DNA of 63,644 nucleotides, filler included, from Octopus bimaculoides (taxonomy: Eukaryota): NCBI RefSeq assembly GCF_001194135.2. It is 7 parts of 5 records of this genome, joined end to end, with 100 filler letters (N's around TTAATTAATTAA, not from the genome) between each part and the next. Parts side by side here need not be neighbours in the genome. Positions count along the whole stretch, not along the records: positions 28,375 to 36,052 come from NC_068993.1; positions 36,153 to 44,971 come from NC_068993.1; 5 more parts are not named here. One strand, written 5' to 3'. Shown piece after piece: positions 30,162 through 42,870 of the stretch (position 1 is its first letter; each line of letters begins with the position of its first letter). The translations under genes were made by a program, and so were the position numbers. The notes beneath the pieces were generated by a model that worked only from the letters and a program-made list of their open reading frames with translations, was not told the DNA's origin and did no database searches.

Positions 30162-30845
30162 CACACACACATACACACACACACACACACACAATTTTAT
30201 ATACCGTGTCGTCCTTGTTACTGTTTGAGCTATGTGTTTTCCCTATTGTCAAAGTGGTAAGCGGCCCATTTAATCTTTTTAAGGAAATCTGTAGTCCTAT
30301 GGATAAGAAACATCATGTATGTGTCTTCGGTGAGTAGTGGGATGTCTTTGGGAGAGAAATTGGTGTTAATCTTTTATCCTTATCAAGTATTCCCTCTAAA
30401 CTTACAGTACCTATATATATATAAGAAATGAGAGAATTGTATAGATGTGTGTAGATGGAAATTCGAGAATGTAGATCGAGAAATCTGTTAATAGCCGATG
30501 ACGTCTGTGTTTGTATTTAAGAAGTATATATGTACCGAATCATATAAATACGTATTTAAGGGAATAATTATGTTTATAGAACAAACGGATACAAGCAAAA
30601 TATGAGATGAAACATAAGGAAAAATCTCGTTGTTTAAGAGTGAGATGATAGAAATATACTTACATGCATGCACACATACATACACACACACACACACACA
30701 TACATACACGCACACACACATACCTGCCCCATGTACATATATGCGTACATACATACACACACACACACATACATACACGCACACACACATACCTGCCCCA
30801 TGTACATATATACGTACATACATACACACAAACATGAATACGTTC

Positions 30846-30882
<37 letters not shown>

Positions 30883-31248
30883 TATNNNNNNNNNNNNNNN
30901 NNNNNNNNNNNNNNNNNNNNNNNNNNNNNNNNNNNNNNNNNNNNNNNNNNNNNNNNNNNNNNNNNNNNNNNNNNNNNNNNNNNNNNNNNNNNNNNNNNNN
31001 NNNNNNNNNNNNNNNNNNNNNNNNNNNNNNNNNNNNNNNNNNNNNNNNNNNNNNNNNNNNNNNNNNNNNNNNNNNNNNNNNNNNNNNNNNNNNNNNNNNN
31101 NNNNNNNNNNNNNNNNNNNNNNNNNNNNNNNNNNNNNNNNNNNNNNNNNNNNNNNNNNNNNNNNNNNNNNNNNNNNNNNNNNNNNNNNNNNNNNNNNNNN
31201 NNNNNNNNNNNNNNNNNNNNNNNNNNNNNNNNNNNNNNNNNNNNNNNA

Positions 31249-31790
31249 TGTAGATGATTGTGACCTGTTGGCATATTCTCAGAAAGGTATGCATCACATG
31301 GTGAATGCAATTTCTACAGCATGTGCAGCATTGGGTCTAACAATCATTCTAAAAAAAAACTGTTATAATGTACAAGCCCGCTCCCTACAAGATGTATGTG
31401 GAACCTTTTATAAATATGAATGGTCAAAGGTTGGAGACTGTAACTAGATTTATTTATTTAGGAAGTACCTTGAGCACTGCTGGTGTTGATGATGAAATTT
31501 CATACAGAATCAGCAGGGCTAGTAGTGATTTGGTAGACTTGATAGGCGTCTATGGAAACAACATGATATATCTTCACAAATTAAAGTTAAGGTATATAAC
31601 ACGTGCGTCTTCCCATCTTTGGTATATGGAAGTGAGGCAAGGGTTATTTACCGTAGGCAGGTAAAGCAATTGGAACGATTTCATCAATACTGTCTGAAAA
31701 AAATTTAGGGAATAAAACGGAAAATGGCAGTAGAAGTATAGAGTCAATGATTTTGCAAAGACGTTTGAGGTGGGGGGAGGACATTTGGTA
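31249..31790 (+). mobile_element. RTE (BovB-like) LINE RT C-terminal fragment
   Basis: VDDCDLLAYSQKGMHHMVNAISTACAALGLTI (YADD-type region) and NMNGQRLETVTRFIYLGSTLSTAGVDDEISYRISRASS; frameshifted. Confidence 0.85.
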
Positions 31791-31792
31791 AG

Positions 31793-31862
<70 letters not shown>

Positions 31863-32310
31863 TGCCTTCAGCACGTTCTGGCAGATACGGATCTAAATGT
31901 TTTTCGATGACGTAACCAACAGCAATCAGATATTCATGTTCAAATCTGCCTGAACCTATTAAGAATAGATGTACGTCATTGTCTGCATTCAAATGGAATT
32001 GAAATTAAAAATGATTAAACTGAAGCCTGTTAAAATATTGGGTAAATGTTCTTTCCTTGGAAACAATTGACCAGAATCACCTAAAGGAAATAACTCATGT
32101 TTTTGATGTAGACATCAATGTCTTATGACCATCACAATCGTATGACCTCGCGAAGGTATTGCATACCTATTAACACATTCGTTTGTACATGCGATTTGTG
32201 AATAAATTTCCTCTTTGCTATATTTCAAAGCGTTGAGAAATGTTAAAATAAGTTTAATTTGTTATGAAGATCAAAAAAATAGAGCTCATAAAATATCGAG
32301 TAAATATACC

Positions 32311-32450
32311 CTGTCTAAGGAGTGTATCACGGGAATGTGAAACACTGAGTAACAGTTTTTGTAATGTCTTTTTCAGCTTTAATAATAGAGTATATTACTC
32401 TACCTTCGGTATTCGAGTACTATTTCTTCCCACCTTGTTTCTCATTTAGG
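32311..32450 (+). ncRNA. Degenerate hammerhead-like motif plus shared downstream repeat (PLE-type 3' end, putative)
   Basis: CTGT-CTAAGGA...GAAAC-ACTGA-GTA-ACAG; the downstream tactctaccttcggtattcgagtact recurs at 62487-62540 after a similar motif. Confidence 0.4.
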
Positions 32451-32706
32451 TACGTACTCTGGTATATATGTATATATGTGTATCTGTATCTTTGTGTCTA
32501 TCTTTGTCCAACACCACCATTTGACAACAGGTGCGCGTGTGTTTACGTCCTGTAAATTAGCTGTTCGGCAGAAGGAGTTGATATAATAAGTACTGGTGCC
32601 AATTTAATCGACTACAATCTCAAGGTGGTGCCTCTTCCCCGCCAGCATAGCCGCGCAGTCTAATAACTGAAACAAATAAAAGAGCAAATGTATATATGTA
32701 TACGTA

Positions 32707-32742
<36 letters not shown>

Positions 32743-32972
32743 ATCTTCTTATGCAAGAATCTTATATACAATGCCTTCGAAGTTTTGACCATCTAAGTGA
32801 TCGTCGAATGATGGCTTACGTGGCCGAAACGTCGAAGTCACTGTCAACAGCATTGTTGTATAACAATAAATTTGGAAAATATATTTACCAATAAGTGTGG
32901 CGGTCCTAGTCTACTAAAGTAATGTGTAACCGTCAGATTAATGTAAAATTGTTTTTCTTATAACAAAACTTA

Positions 32973-33187
32973 AGGCGATGAGCTGGCAGAATCGTTAGCA
33001 CCCTGGGTGAAACGCTTAGGGATATATTCCGCCTGTCGCTACGTTCTGAGTTCAAAATTCAGCTGAGGTCGACTTTGTCTTTCATCCTTTCGGGGTCGAT
33101 AAATTAAGTATCTGTGTAACACTGGGGCCGATGTGATCAACTAATCCTTCCCACCAAATTTCTGGCCTTGTGCCTTTAGTAGAATGA
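32973..33187 (+). mobile_element. Full-length S1 SINE (tRNA-like head, central core resembling the Meta domain by recall, tail type A)
   Basis: aaggcgatgagctggcagaatcgttagc...gttctgagttcaaa...gaggtcgactttgtctttcatcctttcggggtcgataaattaagta...ggccttgtgcctttagtagaa. Confidence 0.8.
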
Positions 33188-33197
33188 GCAAACATTA

Positions 33198-33243
<46 letters not shown>

Positions 33244-33963
33244 TGCTTTTATGCCATGGTATTAAAAATATTACAGACACAGGCGTGAAACCTTGATACC
33301 GGTGTAACATTAGGCAGACTTTAGCCAGTCCCGAAAACTCTCTTTACTACATTTAGAAGAAGTATTCACAGTGATTCCCCGTTACTCTTGTTATATATCT
33401 GAATGTCTGCGTTAGAACTTATCCTCTTTAAACATAATAGCTATTAATACTATTTGAATTGGACATCATTAGATTTTCTTACATTTAAGCATTCTACGTA
33501 TTTCTATCGGTTAAAAACAGCAACACAGACTGCAGGCTCTATTAACAATTATTATTATGCAGATGTCTTTCTTACGCTGAGTTCCATCTTTAGTAGAGGA
33601 AAAAATAATCCGGTTTCGGTTATAGCTATTGTTATTGTATAAATCACGTCTTACCCTTCATTACTTAAAGTAAAATATAAATTTGAAAGAAAAACAGGAT
33701 ATAAAAAGAAGAGAAAGACACAAAACCTTGTATCACTGCATGAAGAGAAAAGCTTTCATTTCAGATTAGGAATCGTGTGTTTAAAATGCAAGATATTTCT
33801 GAAAATCATACTTATAACAATGAAGGGTTAAATAATTTGTACGAGAATTCTTCTTTAACAACATATTTAATATATTAGATTCATAAATGTCATTCACCTA
33901 TGTACATATACACATGTACATACATACATACATACATACATGCATAAACACACACACACACAT

Positions 33964-34030
<67 letters not shown>

Positions 34031-34144
34031 TGGTTGTGTGAGTGGATACATGCATATATACAAAATATAAATATATGAATATATATATGAACAATATATG
34101 CACACATGCATATGTATATATATATATATATATATGGGTGTGTA

Positions 34145-34194
<50 letters not shown>

Positions 34195-34957
34195 CACACA
34201 CATATATATATATATAGCATATATACATACATGTATCTATCATATATCTACCAATCTCCATATATATATATTATAAATATATATACTATATATATATATG
34301 TGCGTGTGTGTGTATATATATATACATATATATACATACACACACACATACACACACACACACACACACATATGTATATATATATATATATACAAGCAAT
34401 ATANNNNNNNNNNNNNNNNNNNNNNNNNNNNNNNNNNNNNNNNNNNNNNNNNNNNNNNNNNNNNNNNNNNNNNNNNNNNNNNNNNNNNNNNNNNNNNNNN
34501 NNNNNNNNNNNNNNNNNNNNNNNNNNNNNNNNNNNNNNNNNNNNNNNNNNNNNNNNNNNNNNNNNNNNNNNNNNNNNNNNNNNNNNNNNNNNNNNNNNNN
34601 NNNNNNNNNNNNNNNNNNNNNNNNNNNNNNNNNNNNNNNNNNNNNNNNNNNNNNNNNNNNNNNNNNNNNNNNNNNNNNNNNNNNNNNNNNNNNNNNNNNN
34701 NNNNNNNNNNNNNNNNNNNNNNNNNNNNNNNNNNNNNNNNNNNNNNNNNNNNNNNNNNNNNNNNNNNNNNNNNNNNNNNNNNNNNNNNNNNNNNNNNNNN
34801 NNNNNNNNNNNNNNNNNNNNNNNNNNNNNNNNNNNNNNNNNNNNNNNNNNNNNNNNNNNNNNNNNNNNNNNNNNNNNNNNNNNNNNNNNNNNNNNNNNNN
34901 NNNNNNNNNNNNNNNNNNNNNNNNNNNNNNNNNNNAATAATAATAGTAACAATAATG

Positions 34958-34994
<37 letters not shown>

Positions 34995-35022
34995 TAATAA
35001 TAATAATAATAATAATAGTAAC

Positions 35023-35120
<98 letters not shown>

Positions 35121-35375
35121 TAATAATGATGATGATGATGATGATGATGATGATAGCTATAGTAATAACAAAGATAATCAACAAGCGTAGTAGTACTGCA
35201 ATTTTAGTTGGTTATTGAACTTGCTGACTTGTCTTCGTTTGTTTGTTTTTTGGTTTGTTTGTTGTTGTGGCATTCTTCATGGCTTTTTTTTTCTGATTGT
35301 TGCCAACGCAACTCCTGTTGCTGCTGCTACTGCTACTGCGACAGATCTTTTTCTTGTTATTGTTGTTAATATTCT

Positions 35376-35535
35376 GGTGTCACGCTGAAATCTCTCTGTA
35401 TGAACTACGTTAACGGTACGCGTGTCTGTCGAGTGCTCACTCAGTGGCACTTGCACGTTAATTTCAGAAGCAGGCTGTACCGTTGATCGGATCAATTGAA
35501 ACACTCGTCGTCGTAACCGACGGAGTGCCATTTTT
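35376..35535 (+). mobile_element. 3' part of tRNA-derived SINE family S2
   Basis: Matches 52165-52300 (gaactacgttaa...cacttgcacgttaatttca...gacggagtgcc). Confidence 0.8.
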
Positions 35536-35720
35536 TTGTTGTTGAAGATGTTGTTGTTACTATCAATGCAGTTGTTTTTCTTGTACTTATCTTTCTTGGT
35601 GATATTTTTTGTTTCAGATGACGTGAAAGAGTTTTTTTCTTAAGAGCTTCATTGTTAAATTTGTACAAATTTTAATTTGCATATATATGTATCACACACA
35701 TATACATACAATCACACACG

Positions 35721-35751
<31 letters not shown>

Positions 35752-36038
35752 GTATAAAAACGTACATCAACATTACATATATATTGTATATACATCAGAA
35801 CTCACACTATACATATTCTTACAACCATATGTTACACGTACATGATTATATACACATAGACATATACACATAAATACACACACACACACGCACACACACG
35901 CATACACACATACACACACACACGAACACACACATACATATATATACATACATACATGCATACATACATATACATACATGTATAAACATTCATACATATA
36001 TTCCATCTTTTACCTTTCATTTACTATATATATATATA

Positions 36039-36052
36039 AGATCGGAAGAGCG
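36039..36052 (+). other. Illumina adapter remnant AGATCGGAAGAGCG at contig end
   Basis: Exact adapter start immediately before the joiner Ns. Confidence 0.9.
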
Positions 36053-36152
36053 NNNNNNNNNNNNNNNNNNNNNNNNNNNNNNNNNNNNNNNNNNNNTTAA
36101 TTAATTAANNNNNNNNNNNNNNNNNNNNNNNNNNNNNNNNNNNNNNNNNNNN

Positions 36153-37965
36153 CTTTCCAAAACAGCTTTTTATTTCTTACAAAATTTTCACTCGTCCTTT
36201 CACTCACCCCACCCATTTCGCCACCCTTATCACTCTCTTTACTCCCTTCCTCACTTCTCTGTAGAGATTATAAGCTTCTCCATCCCACTCTTCAAAAGCC
36301 CTTTTCTTCTCTGCCACCGCATCCCTTACCTGCTCATTCCACCACTCACTACCTGTCCTCCCACCAATTCCAACCACTCGTGTACCACATACCTCAGAGG
36401 CACATCTCNNNNNNNNNNCTATAAAAGCAAAAGCCACACACATTTTGTGAAATCTCTTCCCAAAGGTTGGTGTCTTTTGACTTTCTAAAAAGGTCCTTTT
36501 CTCAATCTTAACTCTTTGGGAAAAAATCTTCCTTACTCCAACCACCTTTCTTACCCTCTGTACCTCTTTCCAAAACATTTTTTTATTTCTTACAAAATGT
36601 TCACTCAACTTTTTCCCGAACCTTTCACTCGTCTCCCATTTCGCCATCCTCACTACTCTCTTTACTCTTCTCTTCACTTCTCTGTAGCAATTATAAGCCT
36701 CTCAACCCCCCTTCTCCATCCCACTCTTCAAAAGCCCTTTTCTTCTCTGCCACCGCATCCCTTACCTGCTCATTCCACCACTCACTACCTGTCCTCCCAC
36801 CAATTCCAACCACTCGTGTACCACATACCTCAGAGGCACATCTCAATACTACCTCTCTAAAAGCCTCCCACTCCTCATCCACATCTACCTCCCATTTCTT
36901 AACTTATTCATACTCACCTCTCAGTTTCTCTACATACGCCTGCTCTTTCTCTCTCCTATTGAGTTCACTCACCTTTACAACTTCTCTCTTCCCTGTCACT
37001 CGTCTAGCATTCCATTTTGAGCATACCTTCAACTTACCCTGTACTAAGAAGTGATGTGACACTCCTCCACCTTCACCTCTCATTACATGCACATCTACCA
37101 ACCTTCCTACCACTCTCTTATCAATTAATATATAGTCCATCAAGGCCCTGTCCACTACTGTCCCTCTCTCCACCCTCCACTACGTGAACTTATTTTTCTC
37201 CCTCTTTTTGAAAAGACTATTCCCCACCACCAACTCCTGCTCCATACACATTTCCAACAACCATCTTCCATTCTCATTCTGACCAGGAACTCCATATTTT
37301 CCTACTACATTTTCTACTTCCTCATTTTCCACTCGCGCATTCAAATTACCTTATAGCCACTTTCCCCGCCCTATCCACATAGCCATTTTTCCCACCCTAT
37401 CCACACACTCTGTCAGTTCCCTCCAGAACCCCTCTACTTCTTCCTCACTCTTGTCACTTCCTGGACCATATACACTAAAAAAGCACCCATATCTCTCTTT
37501 CCCACCTCATCTTAACCCACATTAACTATGAAGACACTTCCCTCCACTCCACCACGTTCTTCTTCACAAGCTTACTCACTATCAATGCCACTCCCTCACG
37601 AGCCCTGCCCCTCCTACTCCCGACACACGTCCAGTCACATCACCAAACTGGTACTCCCCTTTACCTTTTATCTTAGTTTCGCTCAGTGCCAGCACATCCA
37701 TCCTTCTTATCATCAAGCTCCATATCTCCCGCCTCTTTACCTCACTTGTACTACACCCACGCACATTCCATACCCTAGTACTTGGGTGAGATTAGGTGTT
37801 AACCTTCTCCCACCCCTTGTCGTTTTTTTGTTGTCCTTTTAGGCATATGAAATTACTAGGGGGAGTGGATTCCCAGTCCCTTTGCTCCCACCCCTTTTAG
37901 TCGCCTCTTACGCCACGCAGGGAATACGGCGACTGCATCTACTCCCCCCGCCCCAGTCGCGGGGG
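36153..37965 (-). mobile_element. RTE-clade LINE, 5' half (5' UTR plus APE endonuclease region)
   Basis: MRGCSTSEVKRREIWSLMIRRMDVLALSETKIKGKGEY (37582-37764), RALMDYILIDKR...SHHFLVQGKL (36904-37173), SEWWNEQVRDAVAEKKRAF, KKMFWKEVQRVRK; frameshifted; 36153-36408 duplicates part of 36545-36845. Confidence 0.9.
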
Positions 37966-38704
37966 GGGGGATTTGCTAGTTAACCCATAGCTGGGACCCT
38001 TATAGGTGCTACCACTCCAGCCCAGAGTATACCTAGTGGCTAGAGGTGGTTCCACAATCCTCAAACCAGATGTAGTTTATAGTCATACTCAAAACTATAA
38101 CCAGAATGGCAATAACAAAACAAGCGTTGAAACCGTGTTCAATTATGAAGTGAATTAGCTTATACGAAGAATTGAAACTGAAATTTCTCTTGCTCAACGG
38201 CAGTGCGTGACAACAGCAATACCAGCAATAACGTCAACAATAGTAGTAACTACAAAAAAGTGCTCAGCGTTGGAATGTAATTCAAGATGGATTAAAGACG
38301 GATTAAGAGTTAATCCTTGCTGCAGGTGGTGGGATATTTAGGTCAAAATTAACAGTGGGTTTTTGCGGGAGATTTAGGTCAGTTATTTTCTTACATCTTT
38401 GTTAATAGTGTTAACGTGTTGGTACTGGTGGTGGCAAATGTAAGTATAGTGGTTGTGGAGTTAGTGCGGAATGTTTGAAGTGTTAGTGATGGTAGTGCTG
38501 GGAACTCTCAAGGTAGTAGGGATATTAGTATTGGTGCCGTTGGTGGCGGAATCAGTAGCACGAAGGTAGTAGTAGTAGTAGTAGTTGTTGTTGTTGTTGT
38601 GGTTGTTGTCGTTGCTGTTGTTGTTAAAGAATGATGTCGCCGTTCGCGTTCGTTCTTATTGTTATATTTGTAGTTATTGAGGCACCATAGAAGGTTAGAA
38701 ATAT

Positions 38705-39093
38705 TCTTTTCTACTCTAGGCACAAGGCCCGAACTTTTTGGGGAGTGGGGCCAGTTGATTAGATCGACCCAGTACGCAGCTGGTACTTAATTTATTGACC
38801 CCGAAAGGATGAAAGGCAAAGTCGACCTCGGCGAAATTTAAACTCAGACAGACGAAATACCAATTTCTTTATTGCCCACAAGGGGCTAAACATAGAGAGG
38901 AAAAACAAGGACATACAAAGGGATTAAGTCGATTACATCGACCCCAGTGCTTAACTGGTACTTAATTTATCGACCCCGAAAGGATGAAAGGTAAAGTCGA
39001 CCTCGGCGGAATTTAAACTCAGAACGTAACGGCAGACGAAATACCGCTAAGTATTTCGCCCGGCATGCTAACGCTTCTGCCAGCTCGACGCCT
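38705..39093 (-). mobile_element. Two joined S1 SINEs with different 3' tails
   Basis: Core gaccccgaaaggatgaaagg(c/t)aaagtcgacctcggc occurs twice; 38871-39093 has tail B (atttctttattgcccacaaggggctaaac) and 38705-38870 has tail A (tctactctaggcacaaggcc). Confidence 0.85.
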
Positions 39094-39596
39094 TGATGGT
39101 CAGAAATATTAACATTGGTGTTGTCACATGTTATCGGAATCATCATTTTTTTCTGTCGTTAATATTGTAGCGGTGGTGGTGGTGGTGGTGGTGGTGGTGT
39201 GGTGGTGGTGATATCGTGATTCTTGTAGGTAGTGGTTTTCTTTTTAATTGTTGATACTCTCAATATTATTGCTTCTGTTATTGTACCTATATGGTGTTAT
39301 TATAACCATCATGCTCAATGAACATCTTAACGATCATTAAAATTATTTGACCAGGATGCGAAGCCACTTTCTTAACGTCCTCAGTTCGCTACATTTGAAT
39401 ATAATAGCTACTAGCAAAACTAATATTTTCTAAATGCTGTCTTCCAGCAACTATGAGGTGAGCGCACCTTTTAATTCGATCGGAGTAGAGTGCATAAACA
39501 TGGTTTCTTGAAACTGAGAGCTTCGTTCCCAGTGGGAAAAACCTATTGAAAACTGATAAGTTATATCAAAGAAATGGAGACAGAAAACAATAAATT

Positions 39597-39690
39597 AGAG
39601 TGGGAGCTAGACAACAGAGTGGGAGCTAGACAACATAGTGGGAGCTAGACAACAGAGTGGGAGCTAGACAACAGAGTGGGAGCTAGACAA
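39597..39690. repeat. 19-bp minisatellite, 5 copies (agagtgggagctagacaac)
   Basis: Direct reading; one substitution over 94 bp; no spacers. Confidence 0.95.
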
Positions 39691-40900
39691 AGAAGCGATT
39701 TAATAAAACATTCTGCTTGACGTCTTAACGTTAATAATGACACCACGATGCGAAACCCGGAGGTTTCTTGTTAGAATTAGTTCTAACAAGAGCGTACATT
39801 TAGAACGTTTGAAAGAATGGCGTTCAACAGTTTTGTTTAGTAGAGACAGGATGTGTGTTGTTCGATTTCAAGTATGTGTGCATTCTCTAGCAGAACTTTG
39901 TCCAAAAGCCTTTCTGTGTGAGATCTTCTGAAGGAGCTTCTGGTACAGAACACATGGAAGGAATGATATGTGGTAGATGGAAACTATTTGGAAGCCTGCC
40001 GGAAAGACCGTTCTTGCTCTTGTGTTGTAGTGCTAATTTGTCACCTATTATATAGCCACCACTAGCTCTTGGATACCTTTTGCGGGGCACATTTCGTTGC
40101 AAGTATTTGGGCCAGGGATCTGGTCTGAGAAAAAATTCTTTCACCAGTCTAAGAGGCCCTTGAATGTGTCTTGGGTGATACCCTTCTTTCTCTGTCTAAG
40201 CCATCGTAAAGAAAAAAGAAACCCCCATAGAAAGGAATTTAGGAAGATGAGACCTATCTGTAGAGCGCACAGCTTGAGGACGATAAATGTTAACACCTGT
40301 CAACTTGTTTAGCTAGAGCAAACGAAAGATTTTGAGTGATTGAGTGTGCGTGACGATGAGCAGATGGAAAGGAAGTCTGGAAAGTGTGCAGTGTTCAATC
40401 AAAAGGAAAACGAAAGTTAAAGTGGTGATTTTATCAATGATACAAAGATTCTATAAAGTTATTGGAAGTGACATTCTTAGAACAAATTGTAATTTGAAAG
40501 CAAGGTTATAACGAAGGGATGGAAACAACTTTCTTGAAGACGATCTTGCAAATTTTGTGACAGTGGGGCAGTGATACTTCGTGTTGCGAGTTATGCTTGT
40601 CATGTGTATAGCTGCAGCACACCTGTGACTGATCTATTTGTTGCTTTGGAAACTATTTTGTCCTACTTGTATGAGATATATGAAAGGACATACCTAGAAG
40701 GAACATATCAATCATGTTCTTCTCAATCTATAAGGAGAAAGAACACATTCATTACCAAAAGTGGAACTAGCGGAACTCTGGGCAGACCTGAATTAGAACA
40801 GGATTGACTGAACCGGAATGGTGCGTGATAGGGTGAAACCTGGATTAGTCCGAGATAAAGTTCTCTCTCGAGAAGAAGTATCATCACCCGATTTAATGTT
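39690..40900 (-). mobile_element. Highly decayed CR1/L2-group LINE RT
   Basis: Manual translation gives ALAKQVDRC*HLSSS...YR*VSSS (like KQVD.IYLDFSKAFDRV) and KGITQDTFKGLLDW*KNFFSD (like GI.G.LL.WI..FLSD). The 5' boundary is uncertain. Confidence 0.5.
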
Positions 40901-42019
40901 GAGCTTGGAGGAGAGAAATGTCCTTATTATTTTGTATTGGTGTGTTACTCATGGACATAAATAGGTGAAAAAATTCACTAGATGGGGATGTTAGTTGGTG
41001 TTGATTGTTAGTGATTATTTATATATACTTTTTTTGCATTGTTAGTTGTGTTGTTTTGATAGTTCTACTTCTATTAACGGTGTCCATAGCGAGCCGTCTT
41101 AGTGTCATATTCCCCTGGACAAATCAATGCACTGCACTCTATTGTATTATTTATTGACGGCAAACCACAGCATTATAAGTGAGAATCGAGCTCCTTGACT
41201 CGTGAAGCCCTTCCTCCGGGCAATTGCCCTGTATGCTAATGCGGTAAGACGGTCCTGGTCCACTGGCGTTGTTTAAAGACTGCAAACCAGCAGAAGTGTT
41301 AGAATCTCGGGGAAAATGCCATCTTGTATTTCAGCGCTGGTAATTTTTCGAGTGCTTTAAGTTCTACCTCCGAGATCAACTTTAGGGTTAATGAAATAAA
41401 GTACATGTTAAGAACTGGACTCTATGTAACCGACAAACTTATTCCCAACAAAATTGCTGGCTTTGTTCCTAAACTAGTAACAATTGTTTTTATTATTGTT
41501 GTTATTCTTGATGCTGTAGTTGTGTTAACATTGTTACTATTTGCTTGCTAGTATTATTTCTGCTATTGTTGATGTTTAGTATGCCAACCGCTTCTAGTGT
41601 CAATATTGTTGCTGTTGCTTTTGTTATAGTTGTCGATGTTTCTGTTGCTGTTTTATTTGTTGCTATTACCACAGCTGTTGTTTCTGTTGTTGGTGCCGTT
41701 AAACCCAGCAGATTAACTCAGATTAAACTCAGCATCTGCTCTGGATATGTTTTTTCCTATTGTTGTTATCGTTGTTACTGTTGTCTTTGTTCATAGTTTA
41801 CTGTTTGTATGTATGTGTGTGAGTGTATGCATGCGTGCGTGCGTGTGTGCGAGCGTACGTTTGTGCGTGCATGAAAGTGTATTAATATTGTTTCCAATGT
41901 TGTAGCGTTACTGTGTTTCTGTTACTAAATTTTCCGTGCTTACATGCATACCATTAAAAAGTGTAAAGCGGATAAGAAGTTCACATCAACAGCATCTTAT
42001 GCGAAATTACTTTAAATTG

Positions 42020-42870
42020 TAAGAAGAAATTAACAACTCTGAAGCAAGAACTCGTTGATAAACAATAAAAAATTCCGTTATCAAAACGAAAACAAACAAA
42101 AAATACGAGCCAGTATTAACGACAAGCTGTATACAAAAAGATGAAGAGAGAAGATTATATGTCATTTTGATATAAGATCTGGAATGAAAGGAAAGATTTT
42201 AATCAGAATGCAACATGGTTAGGTACAATCAAGCAAGAATACTGTACCAATATCATCTGTAAAAGATGTGTGAGCAACACAGAAACCTTCGCCAAATCTG
42301 TGGGAAAAGCAACTTCAAAAAGCACCAGAAAGGTACCTTTCCAAAGTTGGTTACTGGTACCAGCTGTTGACTTTCCACAGAAAGTTATTGCTATATTGAC
42401 ATTTCAAAGAACTATTGAAGGTCAAGCTAACATACCACACTGGTTTAACATAGCACGAACAAATCTTGTAAACAAAAATGAAATCACCGACTTGGCAAAA
42501 AGACTATAGCCTACAAATTGTACACAGGAATTTTATGCGATTTCTCCATAAAGACAGGTCATACTATATAAACAAAAAGATCAGATACGATTGTAGAGGA
42601 GAAAAAAGTGTAAAATCACAGACTTTGCAATATTATATAATAATAGAGTGGATATAAAAGAAACATTAGGACCCAGTTAGATAAAGAGATTGTGGAAGGC
42701 AACTGTTCCTGTGATAATTAGTGCATTTGGCACAACATCTTAACTGCTTCCCAAGAGGCTAAATGATGTTGGAATTGAGACATAAATTGTCGACCTGCAG
42801 GAAAGTATTATTGTGCATTTTCCAAGAATCCTAAGAAAGAAATCTTGACATCTGAGAAATCTTATTACCA
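42020..42870 (+). mobile_element. Internally deleted R4/Dong-type LINE
   Basis: STRKVPFQSWL...TFQRTIEGQANIPHWFNIARTNLVNKNEITDLAK (pre-RT) jumps to the C-terminal ...IISAFGTT...DLQESIIVHFPRILRK. Confidence 0.65.

Noticed and set aside
36153-36418. Tandem duplication within the RTE element
   Set aside because: It is near-identical to 36545-36845 and bounded by Ns, so most likely an assembly artefact.
39597-39690. CRISPR-like array (also 20563-20650)
   Set aside because: The repeats are directly adjacent with no unique spacers and no cas genes, in a eukaryotic context.
39887-40144. ORF as Gypsy integrase or LINE gag
   Set aside because: No convincing motifs; neighbouring frames fit a decayed CR1-type RT better.
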